Below, in pieces: positions 18,436-28,933 of a stretch of 64,000 nucleotides of DNA. Numbering within the stretch: the first letter of the stretch is position 1; each line of letters opens with the position of its first letter. Made by a program: the position numbers and the translations under genes. The notes beneath the pieces are model-generated. The model saw only the letters and a program-made list of their open reading frames with translations. It did no database searches and was not told the DNA's origin. Source of the stretch: a bacterium (lineage in GTDB: Bacteria > UBA8248); contig CBDCRP010000002.1 of the NCBI GenBank assembly GCA_965221165.1, positions 864,001 to 928,000 of the forward strand. The letters run 5' to 3'.

Positions 18436-19446
18436 TTACGCCGTGCGCTTTTTCCCCACGTAGTCGAGCAGCACCGCCAGGATGATGATCGCCCCCACCG
18501 CCAGCAGTTGCCAGTCGGCGGCGATGCCCAGCAGATTCAGGCCGTTTCTGATACACGCGATGATGAGCGTGCCGATGACGGTGCCGATAACGCGCCCCTC
18601 GCCGCCCAGCAGCGAGGCGCCGCCGATGACGACCGCGGCGATGACGTCCATCAAATCGAACATGCCCATGATGGCCTGGGCGGCCATCAGGCGCGAGGCC
18701 ATTACCACGCCCGCGAGCGCGCCGCAGAAACCGCTGAAGACGAGCACGAACAGCTTGACGGCGAATACGTTCACGCCGGCGACGCGGGCGGCCTCCTTGT
18801 TGCCGCCCACGGCGTAGATGTTCGTGCCCAAAACGGTGCGCGAGAGGATGAGGTGCGCGGCCAGAAAGACGACGGCCATGATGACGGCGGCCATGGGAAA
18901 CGGACCCAAGTAGCCCTGCCCCACTACGCTGAACGCCTCGGGCAGGCCGAAGATGGACTGCTCGCCCGTCAGGATGAGCGCGCCCCCGCGCGCGAGGCTG
19001 TCCATCGCCAGCGTGAGGATGAAGGCGGGAATCGCGAACCAGCCCACGAACACCCCGCTGACCCCGCCCAGAATCACTCCAAGAAGCAGGGTGGCGAGCA
19101 CGGCCGGCACGATGGGCACGCCGTAGTTCTTGAGCAACAGGGCGACGACGACTGCGCCCATCGACTGGATGGAGGCCACCGAGAGGTCGATCTCCGCACA
19201 GATGATGACGAGCGTGAGACCCGCCGCCATGATGCCGATGTTGGCAGACTGGAGCAGGATGTTCATCATGTTCGAGACGGTGAAGAAGTTCTCCGCCGTG
19301 ATGGAGAGAAAGACGATCAACAAGATGAGCGCGAGGTTGAGGCCGTATTTGGAAAAACCAGAGGCGATGAGAGAGGAGATGCCGTATCCCCCACTCGCAC
19401 CGGCGGCGGGGCCTCGCCCGCTATCCGATTTCACCTCATTGCTCAT
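18436..19446 (-). CDS. Sugar ABC transporter permease (RbsC-like)
   Basis: EIDLSV, YAVGGNKEAARVAG, IAAVVIGGASLLGG. Confidence 0.9.
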   Translation of the reverse strand: MSNEVKSDSGRGPAAGASGGYGISSLIASGFSKYGLNLALILLIVFLSITAENFFTVSNMMNILLQSANIGIMAAGLTLVIICAEIDLSVASIQSMGAVVVALLLKNYGVPIVPAVLATLLLGVILGGVSGVFVGWFAIPAFILTLAMDSLARGGALILTGEQSIFGLPEAFSVVGQGYLGPFPMAAVIMAVVFLAAHLILSRTVLGTNIYAVGGNKEAARVAGVNVFAVKLFVLVFSGFCGALAGVVMASRLMAAQAIMGMFDLMDVIAAVVIGGASLLGGEGRVIGTVIGTLIIACIRNGLNLLGIAADWQLLAVGAIIILAVLLDYVGKKRTA

Positions 19447-19473
19447 GGTTTCTCTCCCCCGCAGGCGCGCCCC

Positions 19474-21066
19474 TTACGCCGCTGTGCTCGTCGCGTAGCG
19501 CATGATCGTTTCGGCGTCGGCGTCTTCGCGAAGAACCTCGCCGGTGATGCGGCCCTCGTTCATCACGATTATCCGGTTGCAAATCGCCGTGACCTCGGGC
19601 AATTCCGAGGAAATCACGATAATCGCCACCCCGAGCTGCGCCAACTCCTCGAGTATCCCGTAGATCTCCACCTTGGCGCCCGCGTCGACGCCCTTGGTCG
19701 GCTCATCGAGAATGACGATTCGCGCTCCCGTGGATATCCCCCGCGCGAGCAGCACCTTCTGCTGGTTCCCGCCGCTGAGCTGAGCGATCTGATCCGTCAG
19801 GGAGGCGACCTTGATCCGGAGCCTCTCCACGTAGCCGCGCGATAGGCTATCTGCGCCCGAGCCGTTGATGTAGCCCATCAGGCGCGTGAGTTTTCGAGAG
19901 CGGCTCTCTCTACCGAAGTTGAACAGGGTGATCAGCAGATTCTCCAGCACCGAGAGGAGCGGGAACACGCCCTGGTTCTTGCGATCCTCGGTCAGGAAGG
20001 AGAGCCCGTAGCGTATGGCGTCGCGGGGCTTGCGGATTCTCGCCCTTTTCTGATCGATGAACACCTCGCCACCGTCGGGCCGCTCGAGACCGAAGAGCGC
20101 GCGGAGCAGGTCCGTCCTCCCCGCGCCGACAAGTCCAGCAAAACCGAGAATCTCACCCTGCCTGATACGGAAACTCACGTCGCTGAACACGCCGCTTTTC
20201 GTGAAATTCCTGACCTCGAGAACCTCTTGGCCTATCTTTCCTGAAATCCTGGGATAGCGCTCGCTGAAGGTGCGCCCCGTCATCATCCGGATCAGGGTGT
20301 CGATGTCGGTGTTTTGGGCGGGGATCGTCCCGACGTGGCGTCCGTCGCGCAGCACGGAAATCCGGTCGCCAATCGCGAGGCAATCCTCCAGGGTGTGGGA
20401 GACGTAGACGACCCCGATGCCCCGCGCCTTCAACCGTTCGATGACGCCGAAGAGCGCTTCCTTTTCCCCGGGGCCTAAGGAGGTGGTGGGCTCGTCCATC
20501 AGGATGACCCTCGCATCGAACGCCACCGCCTTGGCGATCTCGAGAAACTGCATGTCCGACAAACTCAAACCCGATACCCCGGCGTCGGGGTCTATATCTA
20601 TCCCGAGTTCTGCGAATATCTCCCGGCAGCGCCGGTCCATCGCCGCCTCGTCACGCACGCCCAGCCGCCCGAGCAACCGGTTCTTCACTCTCAAATCGCG
20701 GCCCAGGAAAAGATTGCTCTTCACGTCCATCAGCCGCACGAGGCTCAACTCCTGATGGATCACGCTGATCCCGAGTTCCCGCGTGAGGGCGGGGGAGCAT
20801 CTCTCGACGGCCCGGCCCTCGAACACCATCTCGCCCGCATCTTTTTCGACGACGCCCGAGATAATCTTGATGAGAGTCGACTTGCCGGCCCCGTTCTCGC
20901 CCAGGAGTACATGGACCTCGCCGGGCCGCACGTTGAAATCCACGTCATCGAGCGCCACGACGCCCGGAAACTCCTTGCCGACTCCGCGCATATCGAAGAT
21001 GAGCGGATCGTGCTCGCTCCCGCCCTCTGGCGGAGACTCCGGTGGGTTGTGGGGGAATGACGTCAT
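19474..21066 (-). CDS. Sugar ABC transporter ATP-binding protein (RbsA-like)
   Basis: GENGAGKST, LSGGNQQK; tandem NBDs. Confidence 0.92.
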   Translation of the reverse strand: MTSFPHNPPESPPEGGSEHDPLIFDMRGVGKEFPGVVALDDVDFNVRPGEVHVLLGENGAGKSTLIKIISGVVEKDAGEMVFEGRAVERCSPALTRELGISVIHQELSLVRLMDVKSNLFLGRDLRVKNRLLGRLGVRDEAAMDRRCREIFAELGIDIDPDAGVSGLSLSDMQFLEIAKAVAFDARVILMDEPTTSLGPGEKEALFGVIERLKARGIGVVYVSHTLEDCLAIGDRISVLRDGRHVGTIPAQNTDIDTLIRMMTGRTFSERYPRISGKIGQEVLEVRNFTKSGVFSDVSFRIRQGEILGFAGLVGAGRTDLLRALFGLERPDGGEVFIDQKRARIRKPRDAIRYGLSFLTEDRKNQGVFPLLSVLENLLITLFNFGRESRSRKLTRLMGYINGSGADSLSRGYVERLRIKVASLTDQIAQLSGGNQQKVLLARGISTGARIVILDEPTKGVDAGAKVEIYGILEELAQLGVAIIVISSELPEVTAICNRIIVMNEGRITGEVLREDADAETIMRYATSTAA

Positions 21067-21161
21067 GGACGAGTTCTTTCCGTCGGGTCAGTGGAGCGAC
21101 GTAAGCGGCCGCCGCGTTCGCTTTGCCTGAGCGCGCAAATCCACCGGCCCCGCCCGCGCCG

Positions 21162-22367
21162 CTATATCTCGAGCGGCTCCTTGGGGAAGGCCGTAAAGGA
21201 AACACCGCCGTCCTTCGTCACGTGCACCATGTCCTCGTTGCCGAACAGATAGGTGTCGTCGACGGCGATGCGCGGCTCGACCGCGAGCACCATGTTCTCC
21301 TCCAGCGGCAGTTCCTCGATTCCCATGTCCGGGCGTTCGTGAATGTCCCATCCCAGGCCGTGGCCCAGGAACCTGTCCCACAAATCGAACCCGGCTTCAC
21401 GGGCCATATCCTCGGCCAGATCGACGAGTTTGCTGGCCAGGATCCCCGGCTTCGCCGCGTCGATGACCGCGCTCTGAACATCCAGTATCGTCTCGTAGGC
21501 GCGCCGGTGGGCTTCCGTCACCGGCCCCATGGCGCGGGTGCGCGAGGAGTCGACCGGATAGCCCTCGAAGCGCATGCAGATGTCCCAATGCACGACGTTG
21601 CCGCGCTCGATCGCCTTGGACGGACTGGGCATGTGCAACAGCGCGCCGGCCACCGGATAGCCGCTGCAGATGAGGCTCGGCGAAGAGCTGCACGAATCTT
21701 CATAAATCGGGTCGGCGGAGCGCATCGCGTGCTCGGCGGCGCGGATGAGTTCGAGTTCGGTCGTGCCGACGCTCTCCGTACCCAGGATGGCGGCGACGGT
21801 CTCATGCCCCAAATCCGCGACACGGCCCGCCTTGCGCATCATCTCGAGATCAAAATCGCTCTTCACCATCCGGAGTTCTTCGACGATGGTCGAGCGCACG
21901 ATCTCCAGGTTCGGGAACGTCTCCCTCATCCCGACGTAGAGCGGCGCCGGAAACTTATCGAAGGTCTCGATACCGACGCGGCGCACGTTCCCTGCGTCGA
22001 GAATCAGCATCTCCAGGTTCTCGACGGACAGCCCGTCGCCCTTTTTCGCCGAAAACCCCTCCCCGGCCACGATGCGCGGGACGCAGACTTCGCGCGTCGG
22101 CATGAGGCCCGGATCGACCAGGAGCGCGGGCTCGTCCTTTTGCGTGATGAAGACCGCCCCCCCGTCGACGATGGCGGTCTCCGTGCGCGTGAGGCTAATC
22201 CACCCCGCCCGGTCGGGGAAGTAATCGGTGAGGTAGCGCAGGCTGCCGGAGAGCTTGTTGTTCCCGTAGACGATGAGGGCGTCGTATTCGCGCTCCGCCA
22301 TCATCTGCCGGGTCTTCGCCAGCCGCCTGTCGATTTCGGCCTGAAGCACGTCGCGTGGAATGGGCAT
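21162..22367 (-). CDS. M24-family (Xaa-Pro peptidase/creatinase-like) hydrolase
   Basis: LRMVKS, D..RT, GHGLGWDIHE, EP, EDMV motifs. Confidence 0.85.
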   Translation of the reverse strand: MPIPRDVLQAEIDRRLAKTRQMMAEREYDALIVYGNNKLSGSLRYLTDYFPDRAGWISLTRTETAIVDGGAVFITQKDEPALLVDPGLMPTREVCVPRIVAGEGFSAKKGDGLSVENLEMLILDAGNVRRVGIETFDKFPAPLYVGMRETFPNLEIVRSTIVEELRMVKSDFDLEMMRKAGRVADLGHETVAAILGTESVGTTELELIRAAEHAMRSADPIYEDSCSSSPSLICSGYPVAGALLHMPSPSKAIERGNVVHWDICMRFEGYPVDSSRTRAMGPVTEAHRRAYETILDVQSAVIDAAKPGILASKLVDLAEDMAREAGFDLWDRFLGHGLGWDIHERPDMGIEELPLEENMVLAVEPRIAVDDTYLFGNEDMVHVTKDGGVSFTAFPKEPLEI

Positions 22368-22447
22368 GTCGTCCCCCCGGCGAGTGGACGCGCGAGGAGA
22401 CGGGGAATCAAAACCCCGCCTCCGCCGCGCGGCGTCGCGCGTGATTC

Positions 22448-23404
22448 CTATTTGACCCCGGCTTTTAAGCTCTTACCGACCGCCTGGAGCAGCTTCGTCT
22501 CGAGCGGAATCGTTCCGGTGTCTATCGTGTACTTGGATTTATCGTCCCGATCCATCGCCACGTCGACGCCCGTGCGGACGAGTTGTTTGCCGACGGAATC
22601 GCAAAAAGTCAGCACGGTCGCCAGCATGTTTCCGCGATAGACTTCCTGCACCGCCTCTTCGACGCCGTTGAAACCCGTAACGATGATCTTGCCCAGCTTG
22701 CCGCGCGCCTTGACGGCCTGGAGCGCGCCCAGCGCCATGTCGTCGTTCACGGCGATGATGGCCGAGATATCCGGATGCGCCGTCAGGATGTCCTCCGCTT
22801 TCTTGAGTCCCTGCGCGCGGTCCCAGTTGGCCGCCCAGGTGCCGACCACCTTGATGCCCTTGTACTTGGCCAGCGTGTCTTTCGCGCCCCTTTTCCGCAG
22901 GATGCTGGACATGTTGCCCGGCACGCCTTCCATGAGCGCGACCTTGCCCTTGCCGCCCAATTCCTCGGCGGCGGCCCTGGCGACCGCGGACTGCCCGTAA
23001 TACTGATCCGGGCCGACGAAATGCCGCGCTACCTGCTTGGCCAAATCGTCGGAATGAATCAGCACGCGGATGCCGCTTTTCTGCACCTTCTTGACCGTCT
23101 GCACCATCGCGTTCGGGTCGATGGCGCTGAAGGCGAGAACGTGCACTCGCTTCTGGATCATGTCGTCGATCATCTTGGTCACGCCGATCAAGTCGGTGCC
23201 CAGGGCGCCGCTCAATACCGTGAGCTTGACGTTGGGATTTTTCTTGGCTTCCGCCTCGGCGGAGCGTTTGAGACACGCGAAGTAGGGGTTCCCCAGCGTT
23301 TCCACCACGATGCCAATCTTGATGTCCTTCGCGAACGCGGGCGATGTGAACCCGGCGAACGTGACCGCCACTGCTACGATAACGATGCCGATCATGCGCT
23401 TCAT
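22448..23404 (-). CDS. Sugar ABC transporter substrate-binding protein (RbsB-like)
   Basis: Signal peptide MKRMIG...AFA; NPYF, ANWDR, NDDMALG. Confidence 0.9.
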   Translation of the reverse strand: MKRMIGIVIVAVAVTFAGFTSPAFAKDIKIGIVVETLGNPYFACLKRSAEAEAKKNPNVKLTVLSGALGTDLIGVTKMIDDMIQKRVHVLAFSAIDPNAMVQTVKKVQKSGIRVLIHSDDLAKQVARHFVGPDQYYGQSAVARAAAEELGGKGKVALMEGVPGNMSSILRKRGAKDTLAKYKGIKVVGTWAANWDRAQGLKKAEDILTAHPDISAIIAVNDDMALGALQAVKARGKLGKIIVTGFNGVEEAVQEVYRGNMLATVLTFCDSVGKQLVRTGVDVAMDRDDKSKYTIDTGTIPLETKLLQAVGKSLKAGVK

Positions 23405-23558
23405 AGACTTTCCTCCCCGGTTAGATCTATGGACCAGTGTGCAATCGTATTCTCTGAAATGTATTGATGGGAAAATCATCACACACAGGCTTCGGCCCGT
23501 CAAGAAAGGAGACCGGCGGCGGGCGTGAGTGGACAACCCGCCGCCGGTGGAAAACTCC

Positions 23559-25316
23559 CTACTTCGGCGGAATGATCGGCAAGAGCACGTGGGAGGGATA
23601 CTCGGGACCGGTGTGGACCGTCACCTCGCCGCCGAACACCTCAGGCGGCCTGTCGAGTGGATCGTTGTGCCTAAAGGGTCCCACGCCCGAGAAGACGGCG
23701 GGCATGTTCGGAAGCCCCTTGGCGACGCCGCCCGGGTAGACGTAATCACACCCCCGGATGCTGAGAGCGAGGCGATGGCCCCTGGGAATCACGATGCAGG
23801 TGGGCCAAATCTCGACGTCCAGTTCGTATATCTCGCCGGGTGTCAAGGGCTGCGCCTCGTCGTGCGTGTGGTAGGGCCGATAGGGCAGCGTGCGATTTTC
23901 ATCCAGCTTTCGGTGCGAGGCCCTGAGCCAGCCCTGGGCGACCGGTGTTTTGGGGTCGAGCGCGCCCTGAAAGGTGACCTCCTTGAAATCGGGCGTGAAG
24001 AGCCTTAAAACCAGGAACAGGTCGGCGTCTTCGGTGGCGGAAGACACCCACAGCCTGGACGCCAGGGGGCCCGTGATCTCGGTTTCACTCTTCAAGGGAG
24101 GCGAGACGAACGTCACCCCGTCGCCCAGGCCCGAATAGGTGGCGGAACCCGCCTCGGCGGGCGCGGCCTCGCCGAGCAGGTGGCCCTCGCTCTGGAGAAA
24201 GAGCTTCGTCCACTGCGTGCGCGCGATGGGCCACTCGTTCTCCGCGCGCTCCACGAATTTCTCTCCCGGGTGGCGCACCTGGAGCAGGACTCTGGGCTGA
24301 TCCTTCCAGCCCGTGTCCTCATCTTTCAGGAAATGACCAAAGAATTTCTTCTGTAGCATCACGCCGTAATCGGTGTAAAACTCCGTCCAGTGCTCGATGC
24401 CGTGGCTCTCGAGCCATTTTTCTTCCGAGGCCGCGTTCATGAAGGCCTCGCAGTTCCCGCGCGGGTGAAGACCCTGGCCGCCCCAGTTGTTCGAGGAGAG
24501 AAACGGAACCTCGATTTGGGACCAGTCGGGGGTTTTCCCCTTCCAGTATTCATCATCGAGCGGGTGCGCGCGCATCTCCGCTCCCAGGCGGCAGCGGTTA
24601 GCACCCAACTCCTCCTCGCTCAGGGTGTCCGGCCCCGAGACCCAGTCGCCCGTCACCCTGCTCCTGTAGCCGCGCTCACCCAGGCCATGCTGTTTGGAGC
24701 GCGCCCTTCGCTCGTACCAGTTCTCCGTGAACGTGCAGTAAATGCCCCCGTGGTAGTTCATGTCGCGATAGAAATCCGCCGCCCCCTCCCAGGCGCACAT
24801 GGCGACGAGATGCGGCGGCTTCAAGCACGCGACCTGCCACTGGTTGATGGCGTAATACGAGATGCCGTTGATACCCACCTTCCCGTTGCTCCAGGGCTGC
24901 ACGCCCGCCCACTCGATGCAGTCGTAGAAATCCCTGGTTTCGCGATCCGAGAAGGGATCCATATATCCCGGCGAGCGGCCAGCGCCCCTCGAGTCCACGC
25001 GCAGGCATACGTAGCCCTCGGGCACCCATTTTTCCGGGTCCACGACCTCCCAGTTCTGGTACTTGTTGGAGGAGCCGGCGGCGACGTCGGGGTGTTGCTC
25101 CACCATGCGCCGCCACTGTTCGGGATAGCCGTCCTCGAAGTGGAGCCACTTCCCGTAAATCCCGTAAGTGATCAGGACGGGATAGCGTCCCTCGCCGGTG
25201 GGCCGGTAGACGTCGCAGCGCAGCACGACGCCGTCGTCCATCTCGATGGGAACTTCCCAGTCGATCCGCATGCCGTCGGCTATTTCAGATTTACGCCCTC
25301 TCATCGCACACCTCAC
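23559..25316 (-). CDS. CocE/NonD-family hydrolase
   Basis: DSRGAGRSPG, nucleophile elbow GISYY, C-terminal GWLRASHR. Confidence 0.9.
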   Translation of the reverse strand: MRCAMRGRKSEIADGMRIDWEVPIEMDDGVVLRCDVYRPTGEGRYPVLITYGIYGKWLHFEDGYPEQWRRMVEQHPDVAAGSSNKYQNWEVVDPEKWVPEGYVCLRVDSRGAGRSPGYMDPFSDRETRDFYDCIEWAGVQPWSNGKVGINGISYYAINQWQVACLKPPHLVAMCAWEGAADFYRDMNYHGGIYCTFTENWYERRARSKQHGLGERGYRSRVTGDWVSGPDTLSEEELGANRCRLGAEMRAHPLDDEYWKGKTPDWSQIEVPFLSSNNWGGQGLHPRGNCEAFMNAASEEKWLESHGIEHWTEFYTDYGVMLQKKFFGHFLKDEDTGWKDQPRVLLQVRHPGEKFVERAENEWPIARTQWTKLFLQSEGHLLGEAAPAEAGSATYSGLGDGVTFVSPPLKSETEITGPLASRLWVSSATEDADLFLVLRLFTPDFKEVTFQGALDPKTPVAQGWLRASHRKLDENRTLPYRPYHTHDEAQPLTPGEIYELDVEIWPTCIVIPRGHRLALSIRGCDYVYPGGVAKGLPNMPAVFSGVGPFRHNDPLDRPPEVFGGEVTVHTGPEYPSHVLLPIIPPK

Positions 25317-25336
25317 GTCTTTTATGAGAAATTTAC

Positions 25337-27082
25337 TTATTTTTCAGGAATCACCGGCAGCAACACGTGCGATGGATGCGCCGGGCCGGTGTGAAGCGTC
25401 ACCTTTCCGCCGAACAACTCCGTCGGCCTGTCTTCTTTCAAATCATGCTTGAAGGGCCCCACGCCGTAATAGATGCGGCCCGATATTTTGGGTGCTGTCG
25501 GCTCGTAGCCCGGCCAGACGTAATCGCGCCCGCGAACGCTCAAGGCGAGGCGGTATTCCTTGGGGATCACGATGGAAGTCGGCCAGATTTCTACGTCCAG
25601 TTCGTATATCTCGCCCGGCGTCAGGGGCTGAATCTCATCGTGCGTGTGGTAGGGCCGATAGGGCAGCGTGAGCGCCTCATCGAGCTTTCTGTGCGAGGCC
25701 CTGAGCCAGCCGATGGCCACGGGCGTGTGCGGGTCGTTCGCACCCCGGTAGAGGATCTCCGTCATGTCCGGCGAGAAGACGCGCAGGGTGAGGAACAAAT
25801 CCGCGTCTTCCGTATCCGAGGAGATGAACATCTTGGCCGCCACGGGGCCCGTGATCTCGGTTTCCTCGGCGAAAGGAGACGAGACGTATATAAGCCCGTC
25901 TCCCAGGGCGTCATAGGTCTTCGCCCGTTCGTTGGTCTGGGGTTCCGCCCTGAAGGCGCCGGATCCTGAATGCAGGTAATACTTCGTCCACTGCGTGCGC
26001 GCGATGGGCCACTCGCTCTCCGCGCGCGCCACGAATTTCTCGCCCGGATGACGCACCTGGAGCAGGACTTTCGGCTGCTCCTCCCAGCCCGTATCCTCAC
26101 CTTTTAAGAAATGGCCAAAAAATTTCTTCTGGAGCGCAACGCCGTAATCTGTATAAAAATGCGTGAAATGCTCGAGGCCGTGCATTTCCAGCCATTTCTC
26201 CCCGGTGGCCGATTGCACGAAGCCCTCCGTGTTGCCCCTGGGATGCAGACCCACGCCGCCCCAGTTGCCCGCCGATAAGAGCGGCACGTTGATTTTAGAA
26301 TAATCGGGCATGCGCGCGCGCCAGTAATCATCCACGAGAGGATGATCCAGGATGTCGCGCCCGAAATCGCTCCTGTTCGAAGCGAGTTCTTCTTCGCTCA
26401 GGTTCGCAGGGCCTGATATCCAGTCTCCGTTCAGTCGGCTCTTGATGCCGCGCTCCCCCTTGCCGTACTGCCGGGGCACGACGGCCTCGCGGTACCAGGT
26501 CTCAGAAAACCGACAGGCGATGCCCCCGTGGTGGGCGAGATCGCGGTAGAAATCGGCCGCCCCCTCCCAGACGCACATGGCCGCCAGGTGCGGCGGCTGG
26601 AGCGATGCCACCTGCCACTGGTTCATCCCGTAATAAGAGATGCCGTTCAGCCCCACCTTCCCGTTGCTCCAGGCCTGTACGCCCGCCCACTCGATGCAGT
26701 CATGAAAATCCCGCGCTTCGCGCGGCGACCACACCTCGAGATAGCCCGGCGAACGCCCGGCGCCCCTTGAATCCACCCGCACGCAGGCGTAGCCCTCGGG
26801 CACCCATTTCTCGGGGTCCACCAGTTCCCAGTTCTGGTATTTATTGCTCGTCCCCATGACGGTTTCCGGATAATCGTTCACCATCAGGCTCCACTGGTGG
26901 GGGTAGCCGTCTTGTAGATGAAGCCACTTGGCGTAGGGGCCGTAGCTCATGATGACGGGATATTCCCCATCGTCATCGGGCCGGTAGACGTCGCAGCGCA
27001 GCACCACGCCGTCGTCCATCTCGACCGGCACGTCCCAGTCGATGCGCATCCCGTCTCTTGCCTCGCTCTTGTACTCGCTCAT
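25337..27082 (-). CDS. CocE/NonD-family hydrolase (tandem paralog)
   Basis: Same motifs; highly similar to its neighbour. Confidence 0.9.
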   Translation of the reverse strand: MSEYKSEARDGMRIDWDVPVEMDDGVVLRCDVYRPDDDGEYPVIMSYGPYAKWLHLQDGYPHQWSLMVNDYPETVMGTSNKYQNWELVDPEKWVPEGYACVRVDSRGAGRSPGYLEVWSPREARDFHDCIEWAGVQAWSNGKVGLNGISYYGMNQWQVASLQPPHLAAMCVWEGAADFYRDLAHHGGIACRFSETWYREAVVPRQYGKGERGIKSRLNGDWISGPANLSEEELASNRSDFGRDILDHPLVDDYWRARMPDYSKINVPLLSAGNWGGVGLHPRGNTEGFVQSATGEKWLEMHGLEHFTHFYTDYGVALQKKFFGHFLKGEDTGWEEQPKVLLQVRHPGEKFVARAESEWPIARTQWTKYYLHSGSGAFRAEPQTNERAKTYDALGDGLIYVSSPFAEETEITGPVAAKMFISSDTEDADLFLTLRVFSPDMTEILYRGANDPHTPVAIGWLRASHRKLDEALTLPYRPYHTHDEIQPLTPGEIYELDVEIWPTSIVIPKEYRLALSVRGRDYVWPGYEPTAPKISGRIYYGVGPFKHDLKEDRPTELFGGKVTLHTGPAHPSHVLLPVIPEK

Positions 27083-27637
27083 GTCTCGCCTTTCTGAAAA
27101 AAGGTTGGAATCACCGTCGGTGACATATTTAGGGATGGGAGGAATATAACCGAGGGGATGGGGCTAGTCCAGGTATGGAGGGGTGATTCAGCGAGAGCTT
27201 TTATGCCGGAGAATACGCTCTACGACTCTTACCTATTGGCAAAATCGCGCAGATGGGAATGTTGTGGCCAAGTAGATTGCTAAAGACATTTACAACTAAA
27301 TCACACCAATTTAAGAACAATTCCATAAACTGATTAATGCCCAACACAACATTTTGTAGATAAATGAGTTATTTTTGATTTTTATCCACAAAATGTGGTA
27401 TATTTTGAAACTTACTAGCCTTTGGAATGGGGCACCAAAGGATAGTAAGTTTAACGACAGACGAACTAACTGAAAACGTGAAGCAACATAAGATGTGGAT
27501 AAAGATTGAGTGCCTCCGATCTTCACCATCGAAGGCACTCATGCTGATGTGTTGCCGGGAGCATCAGCAACCGGGGGCAGATGGACAGGCCATTTCGCTT
27601 CTATTATCTGTCAACCCCGGCAATAGGAGGAAGGGAT

Positions 27638-27772
27638 ATAACCCCTTCCAAAGGCTCTGAAGATTACATTGTGATCTTCAGAAAATCTATTACCCTTCCG
27701 AATGGGAGAGTCATTCATGCCAGCGATTATGGCAAGGTGGCTTTCCCCATTCGAATTAAAAAGAAAGGGTAG
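27638..27772 (+). CDS. Small basic hypothetical protein (start uncertain)
   Basis: AGGAGG RBS 7 nt before ATA 27638 (alternative GTG 27671); ...VIFRKSITLPNGRVIHASDYGKVAFPI...; followed by a strong hairpin. Confidence 0.4.
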   Translation: MTPSKGSEDYIVIFRKSITLPNGRVIHASDYGKVAFPIRIKKKG

Positions 27773-27781
27773 TAGATGAGT

Positions 27782-27813
27782 GGGCATCGGGGAGTGGACA
27801 CTCCCCGATGCCC
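27782..27813. terminator. Perfect hairpin between convergent mini-ORFs
   Basis: GGGCATCGGGGAGTG-GA-CACTCCCCGATGCCC. Confidence 0.65.
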
Positions 27814-27816
27814 TAC

Positions 27817-27939
27817 TTATTTCGGAGCAATTTTTTTATCCGCCGCCTTGAACACGGCCTTAGCGATTTGCTGAGCCGTAGCAGGTATCCGTTCTATAAC
27901 GTTTTTTACTGGCCTGCCTGGTGGTTTAGCATTACTCAT
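27817..27939 (-). CDS. 40-aa mini-protein, copy 1
   Basis: MSNAKPPGRPVKNVIERIPATAQQIAKAVFKAADKKIAPK; paralog at 28811-28933. Confidence 0.6.
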   Translation of the reverse strand: MSNAKPPGRPVKNVIERIPATAQQIAKAVFKAADKKIAPK

Positions 27940-28179
27940 GAGACACCCCCACGTCGAATACCTTTTTTAGATATCCAATGTTCCTTTTATTGTAATTTTT
28001 TGAGGCGGATAGTTACATACGATGCAACGTGTTGCAAATGTAACCGAAATGAAATTTTTGTCAACAATATTTTCACGACTTTTCCACGCCTTATCCACAA
28101 GGCAATGGGTAACTTTCCGCCTAATTAAGTATATAATCCCCCAAATTTTTTTCAGTCGTACGCGGCCACTCGAAGCCAT

Positions 28180-28644
28180 TCAGGCGGCGACGGCTCTTGG
28201 CTCATCCAGCATATTGTGTTGGGCTGTGGGTTTCTTCACCGTCCTTACTTGCACATAGGGCCGATGCTCGTCTGCGTTTTTCTTTTCCATTCCTTCGGCT
28301 TCAATATCCCCTCGGCGCACTGCTTCGACGGCTTCAGCCCATTCTTGTTTCGTCTCTTCGCAGATTTCGTTGAAGAATGTCTCCACTCGCTGTTTGAACA
28401 TCGAGAAATCGTCGGCTTCCTCAGCCATGTCGAACAGGACGGACGTGTAGGTCCGCCGGAACGTGGAGAATGCCTCATCCTCGTTCTGTCCGGTCGCGGC
28501 GATTCCACCCGGCTGTATTCCGTACATCCATGTGGAATCATCCTCTTTCATCCCGAGGAGCGTTCCCATCATTTTCACATTCGCCACGAAGCCGTTTCCT
28601 TCCACCTTGTCCGAGAAGGTAAAAAAGAACGGAAACGCGCTCAT
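28180..28644 (-). CDS. Hypothetical protein with a HicB-like segment
   Basis: AAGGAG RBS; PGGIAATGQNEDEAF resembles the HicB partial RNase H fold; no intact HicA seen. Confidence 0.55.
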   Translation of the reverse strand: MSAFPFFFTFSDKVEGNGFVANVKMMGTLLGMKEDDSTWMYGIQPGGIAATGQNEDEAFSTFRRTYTSVLFDMAEEADDFSMFKQRVETFFNEICEETKQEWAEAVEAVRRGDIEAEGMEKKNADEHRPYVQVRTVKKPTAQHNMLDEPRAVAA

Positions 28645-28810
28645 GTCACTCTCCTTTTCGGTTTTTGAAAAACCTTATCTCCAGATAGACTAATCCATCT
28701 GTCTTATCCGTGTTTCAAATTCGTTATGATTGTTCCATTATTTGCCCTGAAGAACTTTTCTGTCAAGGAAGGTAATTTCAGGCGACAACGGGTCCAACCC
28801 TAAAAACTCC

Positions 28811-28933
28811 CTATTTTAATACAAGAATCTTCGTATTCGCCGCTCGATAGATGGCTTTAGCAATTTCTTGTGGCGACGCCGGGGCCGGTTGCACAACGTT
28901 CTTCACCGGACACCCCGGTGATTTGGTACTCAT
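28811..28933 (-). CDS. 40-aa mini-protein, copy 2
   Basis: MSTKSPGCPVKNVVQPAPASPQEIAKAIYRAANTKILVLK. Confidence 0.55.
   Translation of the reverse strand: MSTKSPGCPVKNVVQPAPASPQEIAKAIYRAANTKILVLK

Noticed and set aside
26157-26172. AAATGCG-TG-AAATGCT resembling the module box
   Set aside because: Inside a CocE CDS, 9-bp rather than 10-bp period, and no module downstream.
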